Below are positions 40,228-51,071 of a stretch of 64,000 bases of DNA, piece after piece. The notes beneath the pieces are model-generated. The model saw only the letters and a list, made by a program, of their open reading frames with translations, made no database searches and had not been told where the DNA came from. The DNA is from Candidatus Omnitrophota bacterium (GTDB lineage Bacteria > Omnitrophota > Gorgyraeia > B26-G9), in NCBI GenBank assembly GCA_018813905.1, contig JAHJAO010000086.1, positions 702 to 64,701 of the forward strand. The letters run 5' to 3'. Each line of letters opens with the position of its first letter. Positions within the stretch are counted from its first letter, which is position 1. A program made the translations under genes and the position numbers.

Positions 40228-40971
40228 TTAAATCGTAAAAATTTCCGCGACACTATCCGTTATGCAAATATCATGCTCAAAATGAGCGGAGATCTTTCTG
40301 TCTCGAGTTACGGCTGTCCACCCGTTTGGCAAAATTTCCACCTCATACCCGCCGGCGTTTATCATCGGCTCAATCGCCAAAACCATTCCCGCTTCAAGTT
40401 TCACGCCCTGGCCGGGCTTGCCGAAGTTGGGTATCTGCGGTTCCTCATGGAGTTTCAACCCAATACCATGCCCAACGAAATCCCGCACCACCGAAAATCC
40501 CGTTTTCTCCACATAATTTTGTATCGCAAAAGAGATGTCCGATAAATGCCGGCCGCATCTCGCGGCGGCGATACCTTTATAAAGAGCGTCTTTTGTTATT
40601 TTGAGCAAACGCTGCGCTGTTTTGCTAATTTTTCCCACCGGCACGGTTATCGCCGCGTCCGCAAAATATCCTTCAAGCTCAACCCCGACATCCAAACTTA
40701 CGATATCTCCGTTTCTTACCATTCGGCCAGAGGGTATCCCGTGCACAACCTCTTCATTTATAGACACACAAATATGCGCCGGAAATCCGTGATAGCCCAA
40801 GAATGCGGCTTTACCGCCCGATTTTTCTATAAAAAGCGCCGCGTCCGCGTCCAATTCTTTAGTCGTAACTCCCGGCTTAACTTTCCCAGCCAAAAATTTC
40901 AAAGTTTTAGCGACGATAACACCAGCCTGTTTAACCTTTTTCAGCTCATTTTTTGACTTTACTGGTATCAT
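40228..40971 (-). CDS. map: methionine aminopeptidase type I
   Basis: 247 aa. Pita-bread fold with metal ligands D, D, H, E, E in the conserved spacing. Confidence 0.9.
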   Translation of the reverse strand: MIPVKSKNELKKVKQAGVIVAKTLKFLAGKVKPGVTTKELDADAALFIEKSGGKAAFLGYHGFPAHICVSINEEVVHGIPSGRMVRNGDIVSLDVGVELEGYFADAAITVPVGKISKTAQRLLKITKDALYKGIAAARCGRHLSDISFAIQNYVEKTGFSVVRDFVGHGIGLKLHEEPQIPNFGKPGQGVKLEAGMVLAIEPMINAGGYEVEILPNGWTAVTRDRKISAHFEHDICITDSVAEIFTI

Positions 40972-41624
40972 GTCAATCCGGCACTTCTAAAAATTTTCTC
41001 TAATTCTTTAAAAAGCGGTTCTACGTCCAAATCTCCGGATACTTTTTTAAGCAACTTTTCCTTATCATAATAATCAATCAGCTCTTTTGTCTGTTGATTA
41101 TAAACTTCGATCCTCTTTTTTATCGTCTCCTGCCGGTCGTCATCCCTCTGAAAAAGTTCACCGCCGCACCTATCGCAAATATTTTCTTTTTTCGGCGGGA
41201 TATTAACGAGATGATAATTGAACCCGCACTTTCTGCAAACCCGCCGGCCCGTAAGACGTTTTAATATCGTATTTTCCGCAGTCTCAAAATACAATACTAA
41301 ATCCAAAACAATTTCAAGCTGCCTTAAAGTTTTATCTAGAATCTCGGCCTGTCTGCGCGTGCGCGGATAACCGTCCAAGATAAAACTTGCGCTTGTATCT
41401 TTATCTTTTAATTTTTCCTCAATTATCGCCGCGACAATTTCATCCGGGACAAGTTCGCCCCGATCCATAAAACTCTTGGCTTTTTGCCCGACAGGTATCT
41501 TATCTTTTATTACCTGCCGCAGGAGGTCTCCGGTCGAAATATGCGCCATCTTATACCGTTGACAAAGAACATCAGCTTGAGTACCTTTACCCGCTCCCGG
41601 CGGCCCAAGTAGAATCAAACGCAT
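40968..41624 (-). CDS. adk: adenylate kinase (zinc-binding LID: CRKCG...CDRCGG)
   Basis: 218 aa. P-loop GPPGAGKGTQ, Cys4 LID. Confidence 0.95.
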   Translation of the reverse strand: MRLILLGPPGAGKGTQADVLCQRYKMAHISTGDLLRQVIKDKIPVGQKAKSFMDRGELVPDEIVAAIIEEKLKDKDTSASFILDGYPRTRRQAEILDKTLRQLEIVLDLVLYFETAENTILKRLTGRRVCRKCGFNYHLVNIPPKKENICDRCGGELFQRDDDRQETIKKRIEVYNQQTKELIDYYDKEKLLKKVSGDLDVEPLFKELEKIFRSAGLT

Positions 41625-41651
41625 TTATAATTTCTCCGAACAAAAAACTTC

Positions 41652-43004
41652 TTATCTTCTGCCCCGCAAGTGCCCTTTTTTCATAAAACCGTCGTAATGG
41701 CGCATCAAAAGATGCGATTCGATCTGCCGCATCGTATCAAGCATTACTCCGACTATAATTAAAAGCCCGGTGCCGCCGAAGAAACTTGCGACAATATAAG
41801 GCACTTTCAGCCAAGCCATTATCCAGTCGGGAAATACGGCTATTGCCGCCAAGAATATTGCGCCCGGCAATGTGATATGCGTTAATACATGGTCCAAATA
41901 TTCCGCCGTGGGCTTTCCCGCGCGGATGCCCGGGATAAACCCGCCGTATTTTTTCATATTCTGCGCTACATCCTGCGTGTTGAAAGTAACCGCGGTATAA
42001 AAATAGGCAAAGAAAATTATCAACAAACTATACACGATCGTATATAACAGGTGCCCTCGCATCAGGCTTTCGGCAAAACGCTGTAAACTAGGTATAAACT
42101 GTCCAATGGTCGCGGGAAAAAGAATTATCGACTGTGCAAAAATTATGGGGATAACACCGGCCTGATTAACGCGCAGGGGAATATAGGTGCTATGCCCGCC
42201 ATAAACTTTGCGGCCGATAATGCGCTTGGCGTACTCGACCGGAATTCTCCTTTGTCCTTCGGTAATCAACACCACAAAAATAATTACGGCCAACAGCAGC
42301 CCCACCATGATTACCGGCGTATACGGTTCGATCTGCCGCTTTTCCGGGCTGAACGGTGAAAGTAACTGAACGACAAAACGCAAAGCGGTCGGCAGGCGCG
42401 AAATAATACCTACCGTAATAATAATTGACATCCCGTTGCCGATTCCGCGTTCGGTAATTTGTTCGCCTAACCACATTATAAACGCTGTGCCGGAGGTAAG
42501 CGTAATGATCGTTAATAATCTAAAACCCAAACCGCCGTGTTCGACAATCGGCAATCCCATAAAATGCGCCGGATCTTCCAAATACACACTAATAATAAAA
42601 GACTGAAACAGGGCCAGGCCAATCGTGCCGTAACGCGTATACTGGGTAATCATCTTCCGGCCATGGTCGCCGCCTTCTTTAGCCAGGCGTTCGAAATGCG
42701 GTATTACCACCGTCAACAACTGCATGATAATCGAGCTGGAAATATACGGCATAATCCCTAAGGCAAATACGGTCATCTGGCTTAGGGCCCGGCCGGTAAA
42801 TAGATCCATAACGTCAAAGAGCGTTCCGCCTTGTTTATTGGCAACATTGGCAAAAAATTGAGCTAATGCTTCACCGTTTATTCCCGGGATAGTAATATAA
42901 CAACCCAAACGATAGACAACAATCATGCCTAAGGTAAATAAAATCCGCTGCCTCAGGTCCGGTATTTTGAAGGAATTGATTAATGCTTTTAATGTTTTAA
43001 ACAT
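41652..43004 (-). CDS. secY: preprotein translocase subunit SecY
   Basis: 450 aa. 10 TM helices, canonical SecY blocks. Confidence 0.95.
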   Translation of the reverse strand: MFKTLKALINSFKIPDLRQRILFTLGMIVVYRLGCYITIPGINGEALAQFFANVANKQGGTLFDVMDLFTGRALSQMTVFALGIMPYISSSIIMQLLTVVIPHFERLAKEGGDHGRKMITQYTRYGTIGLALFQSFIISVYLEDPAHFMGLPIVEHGGLGFRLLTIITLTSGTAFIMWLGEQITERGIGNGMSIIITVGIISRLPTALRFVVQLLSPFSPEKRQIEPYTPVIMVGLLLAVIIFVVLITEGQRRIPVEYAKRIIGRKVYGGHSTYIPLRVNQAGVIPIIFAQSIILFPATIGQFIPSLQRFAESLMRGHLLYTIVYSLLIIFFAYFYTAVTFNTQDVAQNMKKYGGFIPGIRAGKPTAEYLDHVLTHITLPGAIFLAAIAVFPDWIMAWLKVPYIVASFFGGTGLLIIVGVMLDTMRQIESHLLMRHYDGFMKKGHLRGRR

Positions 43005-43027
43005 GAAAATTATTCAATACTATTGTG

Positions 43028-43513
43028 TTATCCGTTTTTCTTTTCCGAAGCCGCCGCCGCATCCGCCAGCCTTACTATCTCGGTTTTACCACCTAAATCT
43101 TCGATCGCTTTCTTCGCCGTGATGGAGAACTTCGCCGCCTGAATGGTCAAGCGTTTGCTCAGTTTACCGTTTCCCAGAACTTTAATCGGGATATTTCGCT
43201 TTCTCACCAGGCCTAAATCCACAAATTCTTTCGCCGTCAGCACCGTATCTTCTTTTACCCGATTCAACTGATCCAGATTCACAATCTGATATTTCTTTCT
43301 GAATTTACTGTTAAACCCCCGTTTTGGTATTCTCCTGATTAACGGCATCTGTCCGCCTTCGAATCCCGGCCGTTTTGTCTTTCCGGTACGCGACAGCTGC
43401 CCTTTATGCCCGCGGCCAGAGGTCTTGCCGTGTCCTGTGCCTGAACCGCGGCCTAGAATTTTTTTCTTCTTTCGGGCGCCTTTTGGCGACCTTAAATCAT
43501 TAAGCTTTAACAT
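43028..43513 (-). CDS. rplO: 50S ribosomal protein L15
   Basis: 161 aa. Gly/Arg-rich N-terminal region typical of uL15. Confidence 0.95.
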   Translation of the reverse strand: MLKLNDLRSPKGARKKKKILGRGSGTGHGKTSGRGHKGQLSRTGKTKRPGFEGGQMPLIRRIPKRGFNSKFRKKYQIVNLDQLNRVKEDTVLTAKEFVDLGLVRKRNIPIKVLGNGKLSKRLTIQAAKFSITAKKAIEDLGGKTEIVRLADAAAASEKKNG

Positions 43514-44054
43514 CTTCCTGCTTATCCTCTTTTTTTACTTCTTTCTTTACCAGAGCGACATCACTGCCGGGCATTTCCCGGCATACTTTTAGTTCCATGT
43601 GTTTCGCCAGAGCTTCTAATCCCTGCATCGTTGCCTTAGCGACATTAATAACATTATCCGAACGCATGGATTTTGTAAGAATATCCTTAATTCCGGCCAG
43701 TTCACAAATCGCCCGCACCGAACTGCCCGCGATTACTCCCGTACCTTCACAGGCCGGTTTAAGCAATACCCGTGCGGAACTGTAAGCTCCGATGATTTCA
43801 TGCGGTATGGTTGCTCCTTTGAGCGGGACTTCAATCAGGTTCTTACGGGCGGTATTAACGCCTTTGCGAATCGCATCGGCAACTTCGTTTGCCCGGCCCA
43901 ATCCGCAACCCACATGTTTTTTACCGTCCCCAGCAATCACCAGCGCCGTAAATGACATTTTTCTCCCGCCCTTATGGGCTTTGGATACGCGGTTTATGGC
44001 GATAACCTTATCTACTATTTCCTGTTCTTGTCTTTGGGTTTCTCTCTCCTTCAA
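43500..44054 (-). CDS. rpsE: 30S ribosomal protein S5
   Basis: 184 aa. INRVSKAHKGGRKMSFTALVIAGDG canonical uS5. Confidence 0.95.
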   Translation of the reverse strand: MKERETQRQEQEIVDKVIAINRVSKAHKGGRKMSFTALVIAGDGKKHVGCGLGRANEVADAIRKGVNTARKNLIEVPLKGATIPHEIIGAYSSARVLLKPACEGTGVIAGSSVRAICELAGIKDILTKSMRSDNVINVAKATMQGLEALAKHMELKVCREMPGSDVALVKKEVKKEDKQEDVKA

Positions 44055-44096
44055 GTTACCTCCTCTTTCGCCGGCAAGGATATCCAGCTATATTTT

Positions 44097-44444
44097 TTAA
44101 AATTTTAATCCGTTTTTTCGGGCCGATTCGGCCAAGGCCTTAATCAAACCGTGATACAAATAACCGCTGCGGTCAAAAACGACCGCTTCGATGCCTTTCT
44201 CTTTAGCTTTTTTCGCAATAATCTCTCCTAAGAGAATCGCGGTTTTGATATTAACGCCTTTGCTTTTGTCCTTTACCTCTTTTGCCAGAGTCGTACAAGT
44301 AAGCAAAGTATTGTTCTGTTCATCGTCAACGAGCTGGGCATATATGTTTTTCAGGCTTTTATATACACACAGGCGCGGTTTTATTTTGGTCCCGAATACT
44401 TTCCGGCGGATCCGTTTATGTCTTTTTAGTCTGGCTATTTTCAT
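44097..44444 (-). CDS. rplR: 50S ribosomal protein L18
   Basis: 115 aa. Canonical uL18. Confidence 0.95.
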   Translation of the reverse strand: MKIARLKRHKRIRRKVFGTKIKPRLCVYKSLKNIYAQLVDDEQNNTLLTCTTLAKEVKDKSKGVNIKTAILLGEIIAKKAKEKGIEAVVFDRSGYLYHGLIKALAESARKNGLKF

Positions 44445-44447
44445 CTC

Positions 44448-44987
44448 TTATTTTGCCACTGCCTTTCCTGCTTTGCGTCTGACATACTCACCTACATAAC
44501 GAATACCTTTTCCTTTATACGGCTCCGGCGGCAAAAAACCCCGGATATTCGCAGCGGCCTGGCCCACCTTTTGCCGGTCAATACCTTTGACCACAATCTG
44601 CGTAGGTTTCGGTGTTTCTATTGTAATACCCTCTGAAATAAGGCATTCCACCGGATGAGAAAAACCCAGCTGTAAAATTAATTTTTTTCCGGAAATCTGG
44701 GCGCGATACCCCACGCCGATCATTTCGAGCTGCCGGCTATACCCCTCAAGCACGCCTTTAACCATATTCGCAATCATTGCCCGGGTCAGGCCATGTAACG
44801 CACGCACATTTTTCGCGTTGCTGCCCCGGGATACTTTAATTTTATCCGTCTCGATTGCGACTTGAATCAACGGACTTTTAGCAAACTGCAGCTTGCCTTT
44901 TGGCCCTTCGACATGCACCAAATTTTTATCGATGCTTGCCTTAACACCCGCGGGAATTATTACCGGTTTTATTCCTATTCTAGACAT
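44448..44987 (-). CDS. rplF: 50S ribosomal protein L6
   Basis: 179 aa. MSRIGIKPVIIPAGV canonical uL6. Confidence 0.95.
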   Translation of the reverse strand: MSRIGIKPVIIPAGVKASIDKNLVHVEGPKGKLQFAKSPLIQVAIETDKIKVSRGSNAKNVRALHGLTRAMIANMVKGVLEGYSRQLEMIGVGYRAQISGKKLILQLGFSHPVECLISEGITIETPKPTQIVVKGIDRQKVGQAAANIRGFLPPEPYKGKGIRYVGEYVRRKAGKAVAK

Positions 44988-44993
44988 AATTGT

Positions 44994-45398
44994 TTACCAC
45001 ACGTAACATAAGATTTCGCCGCCAATTTTTGTTTGGCGCGCTTGTTTACCTGTCATTATTCCGCGCGAGGTAGAAAGCACCGCTAGTCCGGTACCGCCGT
45101 AAACATAAGGTATTTTTTCGTAGTTTACGTACATCCGGCGGCCGGGCTTTGAAATCCGCCTCATTCCGGAAATCATCGCGTCCTTATTTTTATTGCTTGC
45201 GTACCTCAGATACACGCGCAAAAGCCCCTGTCGACCGTCTTCGATTCTACGGTAATCGACGATATAGCCATTTTCTTTCATTATCTTTAAAATCTCTTCC
45301 TTGACTTTGGAAGCCGGCACATCGGTCTTTTCTTTTTTTACTCTTTGCGCTGTATTAATCACGGCTAACATATCAGCAATCGGATCGGTAATACTCAT
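44994..45398 (-). CDS. rpsH: 30S ribosomal protein S8
   Basis: 134 aa. MSITDPIADMLAVINTA canonical uS8. Confidence 0.95.
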   Translation of the reverse strand: MSITDPIADMLAVINTAQRVKKEKTDVPASKVKEEILKIMKENGYIVDYRRIEDGRQGLLRVYLRYASNKNKDAMISGMRRISKPGRRMYVNYEKIPYVYGGTGLAVLSTSRGIMTGKQARQTKIGGEILCYVW

Positions 45399-45463
45399 AT
45401 CGTTTCATGCTCCTATTTCGAAAATATATTAAAACCGCCTTCTGTTTAAAACCACCCTTGGTT

Positions 45464-45649
45464 TTACCAGCTGGCTTTAGTCACCCCGGGGATCATGCCG
45501 CGGGACGCTAATTCACGAAAGCAAATCCGGCATAATTCAAAACGCCTCATGAACCCGCGGGACCGTCCACAGACTCTGCACCGCACGTATTTTCTCGTTC
45601 TAAACTTGGGTTTTCTCTCGGATCTGACTATCTGACTTATTTTGGCCAT
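45464..45649 (-). CDS. rpsN: 30S ribosomal protein S14, type Z (zinc-binding, 61 aa)
   Basis: 61 aa with [20 protein letters not shown] Cys4 motif. Confidence 0.95.
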   Translation of the reverse strand: MAKISQIVRSERKPKFRTRKYVRCRVCGRSRGFMRRFELCRICFRELASRGMIPGVTKASW

Positions 45650-45654
45650 AATTA

Positions 45655-46218
45655 TTAACTCCGAAACGGCATGCCAAAAAGACGCAGTAACTCTTTGGCA
45701 TATTCTTTTTTCTGGGCATTGGTAACAATAATAATATCCATACCCTGCACCTGCTTGATTTTATCAATTTCAATCTCCGGGAAAATCGACTGCTCCGTAA
45801 TCCCTAAGGCATAATTACCGGCCTCATCGAACGAATCCGCCGATACGCCGCGGAAATCTCTAATACGCGGCAGCGTCACATTGACTAACCGGTCCAGGAA
45901 TTCATACATTTTTGTCTTTCGCAAAGTTACCTTGCAGCCTACCGGCAGGCCTTTTCTGATTTTAAAATTCGCGATCGCTTTTTTTGAGCGGGTAATAACG
46001 GGTTTTTGCCCGGCAATTAGCGCCAAATCCTGCATCGCCGCTTCCAGAATTTTAATATCTTCGTGCGCTTTGCCCACTCCCATATTGATTACGATCTTCT
46101 CAAGACGCGGCACCTGCATCTTGCTCGTAAAGTTAAAACTTTTTATCATCTCCGGGACAATTTTATCTCGATATTTTTCCAATAATCTCGGTATCATGGT
46201 TACACCATCTCTTGACAA
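45655..46218 (-). CDS. rplE: 50S ribosomal protein L5
   Basis: 187 aa. Canonical uL5. Confidence 0.95.
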   Translation of the reverse strand: MSRDGVTMIPRLLEKYRDKIVPEMIKSFNFTSKMQVPRLEKIVINMGVGKAHEDIKILEAAMQDLALIAGQKPVITRSKKAIANFKIRKGLPVGCKVTLRKTKMYEFLDRLVNVTLPRIRDFRGVSADSFDEAGNYALGITEQSIFPEIEIDKIKQVQGMDIIIVTNAQKKEYAKELLRLFGMPFRS

Positions 46219-46508
46219 TTTTTACATATTCTTGTTTTAGAACCGTCCGACAAAAGTTTTACCCCCAACTTTGATGCCTTATTGCAACGCGGGCAATAAA
46301 ACACGAGGTTCGACATATGTATTGGGCTTTCTTTCTGCAAAATTCCGCCGGGTTGATCCTGGCGGGTCTGGCGCGTATGCTTTTTTACAAAATTTATTCC
46401 CTGCACCAAAATTCTGCCCGTATCGGAAGAAAAACGCAATACTTTTCCCGTCTTGCCTTTTTCTTTGCCCGCAATCACCAAAACTGTATCGCCTTTTTTT
46501 ATTCGCAT
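46200..46508 (-). CDS. rplX: 50S ribosomal protein L24 with Cys4 motif in the C-terminal tail
   Basis: 102 aa. KOW motif [19 protein letters not shown]-terminus [29 protein letters not shown] where E. coli has [26 protein letters not shown]. Confidence 0.9.
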   Translation of the reverse strand: MRIKKGDTVLVIAGKEKGKTGKVLRFSSDTGRILVQGINFVKKHTRQTRQDQPGGILQKESPIHMSNLVFYCPRCNKASKLGVKLLSDGSKTRICKNCQEMV

Positions 46509-46525
46509 CTTCTTCTATCCTTTTC

Positions 46526-46894
46526 TTAAATCACTTCCGGCGCTAAAGAAACGATTTTAGTGAAATTCTTATCCCGTAATTCTCTGGCTACCGGCCCAAA
46601 TATTCTTGTGCCGCGCGGATTCTTCTGCGCATCAATGATTACTACCGCATTGTGATCAAACCTTAAGTAACTGCCATCCCGGCGGCGTATCGGAAGACGC
46701 GTGCGCACGATAACCGCTTTTACAACTTCCCCTTTTTTGACCGTTGCCGTAGGCAAAGATTCTTTAACGTTACAAGTAATAATATCACCGATAGATGCCG
46801 TTCTCTTTCCCGAACGCTCAAGCACACCGATACAGCTTACCCGTTTTGCTCCGGTATTATCCGCCACATCTAAAATACTGCGCATCTGAATCAT
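46526..46894 (-). CDS. rplN: 50S ribosomal protein L14
   Basis: 122 aa. [17 protein letters not shown] canonical uL14. Confidence 0.95.
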   Translation of the reverse strand: MIQMRSILDVADNTGAKRVSCIGVLERSGKRTASIGDIITCNVKESLPTATVKKGEVVKAVIVRTRLPIRRRDGSYLRFDHNAVVIIDAQKNPRGTRIFGPVARELRDKNFTKIVSLAPEVI

Positions 46895-46901
46895 GCTCTT
46901 G

Positions 46902-47165
46902 TTACTCCTTATGAGACTCCAAAATCTTTATCAATCTCCAGCGCTTATCTTTGGACAGGGGCCTTGTCTCCACCACCCTGATTTTATCACCGATTTTGGA
47001 CTCATTCTTTTCGTCATGCACTTTAAACTTAATGAATTTTCTAATCACTTTCTTATATACAGGATGACGGGTGGTTCTTACCACGCGAATCACCCGGGTT
47101 TTATTCATCTTATCGCTAACAACTATACCTGTTCTCTGCCTGCGCTCGCCTTTCGCTTTACTCAT
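46902..47165 (-). CDS. rpsQ: 30S ribosomal protein S17
   Basis: 87 aa. Canonical uS17. Confidence 0.95.
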   Translation of the reverse strand: MSKAKGERRQRTGIVVSDKMNKTRVIRVVRTTRHPVYKKVIRKFIKFKVHDEKNESKIGDKIRVVETRPLSKDKRWRLIKILESHKE

Positions 47166-47168
47166 TTT

Positions 47169-47387
47169 TTAATTTTCACCTTTCACTTTTTCTTTTAATT
47201 CCAGTTGTCTTAAAAAAGTTCTTATGCGCGCAATATCCCGCCGGATGAGTGTAATCTTGTGCGGTTTATCCAGTTTTGCGGTTTTCGCCTGAAATTTCAG
47301 CTTAAATAATTCTTCTTCCAGCTGCCGCAATTTATCATCCAATTCCGGCTTTGTAAAATCTCGGTATTCTTTAGATTTAATCGCCAT
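47169..47387 (-). CDS. rpmC: 50S ribosomal protein L29
   Basis: 72 aa. Canonical uL29. Confidence 0.9.
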   Translation of the reverse strand: MAIKSKEYRDFTKPELDDKLRQLEEELFKLKFQAKTAKLDKPHKITLIRRDIARIRTFLRQLELKEKVKGEN

Positions 47388-47399
47388 GTTTTTCCTTTT

Positions 47400-47816
47400 T
47401 TAAGCTCCTTCTCGGCCGATAAACCTGGTTCGCAGTGGTAATTTCGAAGCGGCCAGCCGCATTGCCTCTTTGGCCATATCCCGCGGAATTCCTTCTATTT
47501 CAAAAATAACTTTCCCCGGCTTGACCACGGCTACCCAATACTCCGGCATACCTTTTCCTTTGCCCATCCTTGTTTCCGCCGGTTTTTTAGTAACGGATTT
47601 ATCGGGAAAAATGCGAATCCACACCTTTCCCCCTCTGCGTAACGACCGGTTCAAGGCAACGCGTGCGGCTTCCAGCTGCGTATTTTTTATCCAAGCAGCT
47701 TCGAGCGCCTGCAGGCCGAACTCGCCAAAGTTAATTTTATTTCCCTGGCTGGCCACGCCCTTTCTGCGGCCGCGATGGTATTTTCTATATTTTACCCGCT
47801 TGGGCATTAAAACCAT
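47400..47816 (-). CDS. rplP: 50S ribosomal protein L16
   Basis: 138 aa. [17 protein letters not shown] canonical uL16. Confidence 0.95.
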   Translation of the reverse strand: MVLMPKRVKYRKYHRGRRKGVASQGNKINFGEFGLQALEAAWIKNTQLEAARVALNRSLRRGGKVWIRIFPDKSVTKKPAETRMGKGKGMPEYWVAVVKPGKVIFEIEGIPRDMAKEAMRLAASKLPLRTRFIGREGA

Positions 47817-48499
47817 TACTTGGCCTCGCTTTCCGTACCCACGGCCTTTAATTCTTCCTGATTTTTCTTGCCCAAAATCACATCCCCTTTATAAACCCAG
47901 CATTTTACGCCGATGACCCCATAGGTCGTATGGGCTTCCGCAAATCCGTAATCTACATCCGCGCGCAATGTGTGCAGCGGAATTTTTCCGGCCTTATATT
48001 TTTCCGAACGCGCTATTTCCGCTCCGCCCAGACGGCCTGAGCAGATAATTTTTATACCTTCGGCGCCGGAAGACATCGCCTGGGAAACCGCTTTTTTCAT
48101 GGCGCGGCGAAACGCGACTCTTTTTTCCAGCTGAAAAGCAATATTTTCGGCTACCAGCTGCGCATCCGCCATCGGAGCAGCTATTTCTTTAATATCCACA
48201 TATATCTCTTTCCGGGTCATGGACTGCAATTCATCGCGCAACCGGTCAATATCCGCGCCGCGCCTTCCAATAATAACCCCGGGGCGCCCGGAAGAAACAA
48301 TAATTCTTATCCGGTTGCTGGACCGTTCAATTTCTATGCGAGCAACGCTGGCCGAAGAAAAATTCTTTTTTATATACTTCCTGATTTTGATATCCTCAAA
48401 CAGGTTATTCGAATAATCTTTCCGCTTTGCAAACCAGCGCGAATTCCAGTCTTTAATAAAGTTTAATCTCAGACTTAAAGGATGTACCTTCTGACCCAC
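47816..48499 (-). CDS. rpsC: 30S ribosomal protein S3
   Basis: 227 aa. [13 protein letters not shown]-terminus, KH domain. Confidence 0.95.
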   Translation of the reverse strand: MGQKVHPLSLRLNFIKDWNSRWFAKRKDYSNNLFEDIKIRKYIKKNFSSASVARIEIERSSNRIRIIVSSGRPGVIIGRRGADIDRLRDELQSMTRKEIYVDIKEIAAPMADAQLVAENIAFQLEKRVAFRRAMKKAVSQAMSSGAEGIKIICSGRLGGAEIARSEKYKAGKIPLHTLRADVDYGFAEAHTTYGVIGVKCWVYKGDVILGKKNQEELKAVGTESEAK

Positions 48500-48500
48500 T

Positions 48501-48953
48501 TTACCTCCTTACTTTATCCGCCTTTGCTTTTCTTACCGCAACTTTCTTCTTCTTTACAACGGCCTTTTTTACTTCTTTCTCCTTATGTAGCGTCTTTAAC
48601 GGCGGTGTAACTTTATTCGCGGTTTCTTTGCGGTCCAGTTCAACCGTGATGTGCGCAGTGCGTTTATTGATACGGTTTGCCCGGCCGAAACTTGCCGCCC
48701 GGGAACGCTTCCAAGTCACCCCGTCATCAGCGTACACTTTAGAAATAAAAAGATTTTCGTTTTCAAAACCTTTTTGTTTAGCATTGGCCACGGCCGAACG
48801 TAAAAGTTTATCGATAACCTGCGCGGCGCGCTTATGCGTGCCGCTCAAAAAGGCAAGTGCTTCCTGCACGGATTTACCTTTGATCAGGCTCGTAACCAGC
48901 CGTACTTTTCGCGGCGCAATTCTAACAAAACGTGCTTTTGCTTTCGCAATCAT
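48501..48953 (-). CDS. rplV: 50S ribosomal protein L22 (with Lys-rich C-terminal extension)
   Basis: 150 aa. uL22 core. Tail [27 protein letters not shown]. Confidence 0.9.
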   Translation of the reverse strand: MIAKAKARFVRIAPRKVRLVTSLIKGKSVQEALAFLSGTHKRAAQVIDKLLRSAVANAKQKGFENENLFISKVYADDGVTWKRSRAASFGRANRINKRTAHITVELDRKETANKVTPPLKTLHKEKEVKKAVVKKKKVAVRKAKADKVRR

Positions 48954-48976
48954 TACGAATTCCTTACAGTTAAATT

Positions 48977-49264
48977 TTAAGTTTTCTGCATTGCTTCTTT
49001 TGCTTTAAAGCCGCCGTGTTTACGAAAAATACGCGTAGGGGAAAATTCTCCCAGCTTATGCCCCACCATATTCTCCGTAACAAATACCGGAAGAAATGCC
49101 TTACCGTTATGCACGGAAAACGTATATCCCACAAATTCCGGCAAAATAGTTGAACGCCGGGACCAGGTTTTTATCGGCCTGCGTTCATGGCTTTTTGACA
49201 TTTTTTCCACTTTTTTCAATAACTTCGGATCAATGTAAGGACCCTTTTTTATTGAACGCGACAT
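48977..49264 (-). CDS. rpsS: 30S ribosomal protein S19
   Basis: 95 aa. [19 protein letters not shown] canonical uS19. Confidence 0.95.
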   Translation of the reverse strand: MSRSIKKGPYIDPKLLKKVEKMSKSHERRPIKTWSRRSTILPEFVGYTFSVHNGKAFLPVFVTENMVGHKLGEFSPTRIFRKHGGFKAKEAMQKT

Positions 49265-49278
49265 AAAATTACCTCACT

Positions 49279-50127
49279 TTATTTTTTTAAACGACGTTTC
49301 GTAACTCGCCTTTTAATAATAAACCTGCTTGACGCTTTCTTCTTTTTCCGGGTACGATAACCTTTAGTCGGCATCCCCCAGGGAGTAACCGGATGGGGAT
49401 TGCCTTGCCCCGCTTTTCCTTCTCCTCCGCCATGCGGATGGTCAACCGGATTTTTCGCTACGCCTCGAACCAGAGGCTTCCTTCCCAGCCAACGCGTCTT
49501 TCCCGCTTTGCCGTAGGTGATAGCTTCATGCTCGATATTGCCCACCTGTCCAATTACCGCATAACAATTCGTACGGATCAACCGGATTTCTCCGGACGGC
49601 ATTTTGATATGAGCATACGGGCCTTCTTTGGCCATAATCTGGGCCGCGGCGCCGGCACTGCGCGCCATCTTTGCGCCTTGACCGGGTGTAAGCTCGATAT
49701 TATGAATAAACGTGCCCATCGGAATATTAGCAATCGGCAATGCGTTTCCCGTCTTAATCTCCGCGCCCTCTCCCGCATTTACTTCGTCGTGGACATGCAA
49801 TTCGCTGGGAGCGATGATATAACGTCTTTCTTTATCCTCATATTCTAAAAGGGCAATCCGGCTTGAACGATTAGGATCGTATTCTATCGTGATAACTTTT
49901 GCCGGCATGTTATGTTTGTCCCGTTTGAAATCAATAATCCGGTATCGGCGTTTATGCCCGCCGCCGCGCGTACGATTAGTTACCCGCCCCAGATTATTGC
50001 GGCCACCGCTTTTCTTTAATGCCGTCGTTAAGGATTTTTCCGGCTTTGCCGCGGTGATTTCGGAAAAATCAGCGTTTTTCTTCCATCTTAAGCCCGGAGT
50101 TATCGGTTTATAAGTTTTGATTCCCAC
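49279..50127 (-). CDS. rplB: 50S ribosomal protein L2
   Basis: 282 aa. Canonical uL2. Confidence 0.95.
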   Translation of the reverse strand: MGIKTYKPITPGLRWKKNADFSEITAAKPEKSLTTALKKSGGRNNLGRVTNRTRGGGHKRRYRIIDFKRDKHNMPAKVITIEYDPNRSSRIALLEYEDKERRYIIAPSELHVHDEVNAGEGAEIKTGNALPIANIPMGTFIHNIELTPGQGAKMARSAGAAAQIMAKEGPYAHIKMPSGEIRLIRTNCYAVIGQVGNIEHEAITYGKAGKTRWLGRKPLVRGVAKNPVDHPHGGGEGKAGQGNPHPVTPWGMPTKGYRTRKKKKASSRFIIKRRVTKRRLKK

Positions 50128-50137
50128 TTTTTTGCTC

Positions 50138-50416
50138 CTAAGTTATATTTATCTTCTGCCCCGGCATAAGTGTTACCACCGCTTTCTTCCAGGACGAAGT
50201 CTTTCCCATTTTATAACGTACGCGTTTTGGTTTTCCCGGTATCGTCAGCGTATGAATCATATTTATTTTCACCCGATAGATAAATTCAATCGCGTGTTTA
50301 ATTTCAATTTTATTTGCTTTTTTATCCACGCTGAATATATATTTGTTTTCCTTTTCCTGCGCCGTTCCTTTTTCTGTGCGCAAGATATATTTTACGATTT
50401 TGTATGGACTCTGCAT
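50138..50416 (-). CDS. rplW: 50S ribosomal protein L23
   Basis: 92 aa. Canonical uL23. Confidence 0.9.
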   Translation of the reverse strand: MQSPYKIVKYILRTEKGTAQEKENKYIFSVDKKANKIEIKHAIEFIYRVKINMIHTLTIPGKPKRVRYKMGKTSSWKKAVVTLMPGQKINIT

Positions 50417-50424
50417 AACCCTGC

Positions 50425-51060
50425 TTATTTAACCCCTTTTTTCAATCGCGCCGTTAACTCCTCAAGCGCGTTCTTGGTTATTACCAGATTATTAACTTCA
50501 AGCACATCCAGCGCGTTGATGTCTTTTGAACCTTTAAGTTTTATAGACTGGATATTCCGGCAGGAACGCACAAGCGAATCCTGCGACTCGCTGGAGATAA
50601 AAAGGGTCTTTCTTTCCAACTTCAACGCCTTAATAATCTGTACAAATTCTTTCGTCTTGCCGGAATCTACTTTTAATTCTTCCAATACTTTTACGAGGTT
50701 ATCGTTTAAACGGGAATTCAGGCTTGAAATCAAAGCTTTAACTTTCATTTTTTTCGGCATCTCATACCGGTAACTTCTCGGATGCGGGCCGAAGACTATT
50801 CCGCCTTTACGCCATAACGGACTGCGGCTTGAACCCGCCCGGGCCCGGCCGGTGCCCTTCTGGCGCCAGGGCTTGGAATTACCGCCGCTGACATTGGCGC
50901 GCGTCTTGGTGCCAGATGTCCCCTGCCGCTTATTTGCCTGATACATAACAACGATCTGATGTAGAAGCGGGACATTGACTTTCCCGTCAAAAACTTTCTT
51001 ATCCAGGTCGATATTACCGGTTTCTTTTCCCGTCAGGTTATAAATAGAAAGGGTAAACAT
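50425..51060 (-). CDS. rplD: 50S ribosomal protein L4
   Basis: 211 aa. Canonical uL4. Confidence 0.95.
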   Translation of the reverse strand: MFTLSIYNLTGKETGNIDLDKKVFDGKVNVPLLHQIVVMYQANKRQGTSGTKTRANVSGGNSKPWRQKGTGRARAGSSRSPLWRKGGIVFGPHPRSYRYEMPKKMKVKALISSLNSRLNDNLVKVLEELKVDSGKTKEFVQIIKALKLERKTLFISSESQDSLVRSCRNIQSIKLKGSKDINALDVLEVNNLVITKNALEELTARLKKGVK

Positions 51061-51071
51061 TTTTTTATCTC

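Noticed and set aside
50117-50773. 218-aa plus-strand ORF
   Set aside because: Antisense to rplW/rplD, whose translations are canonical. Low-complexity Phe/Ser-rich product.
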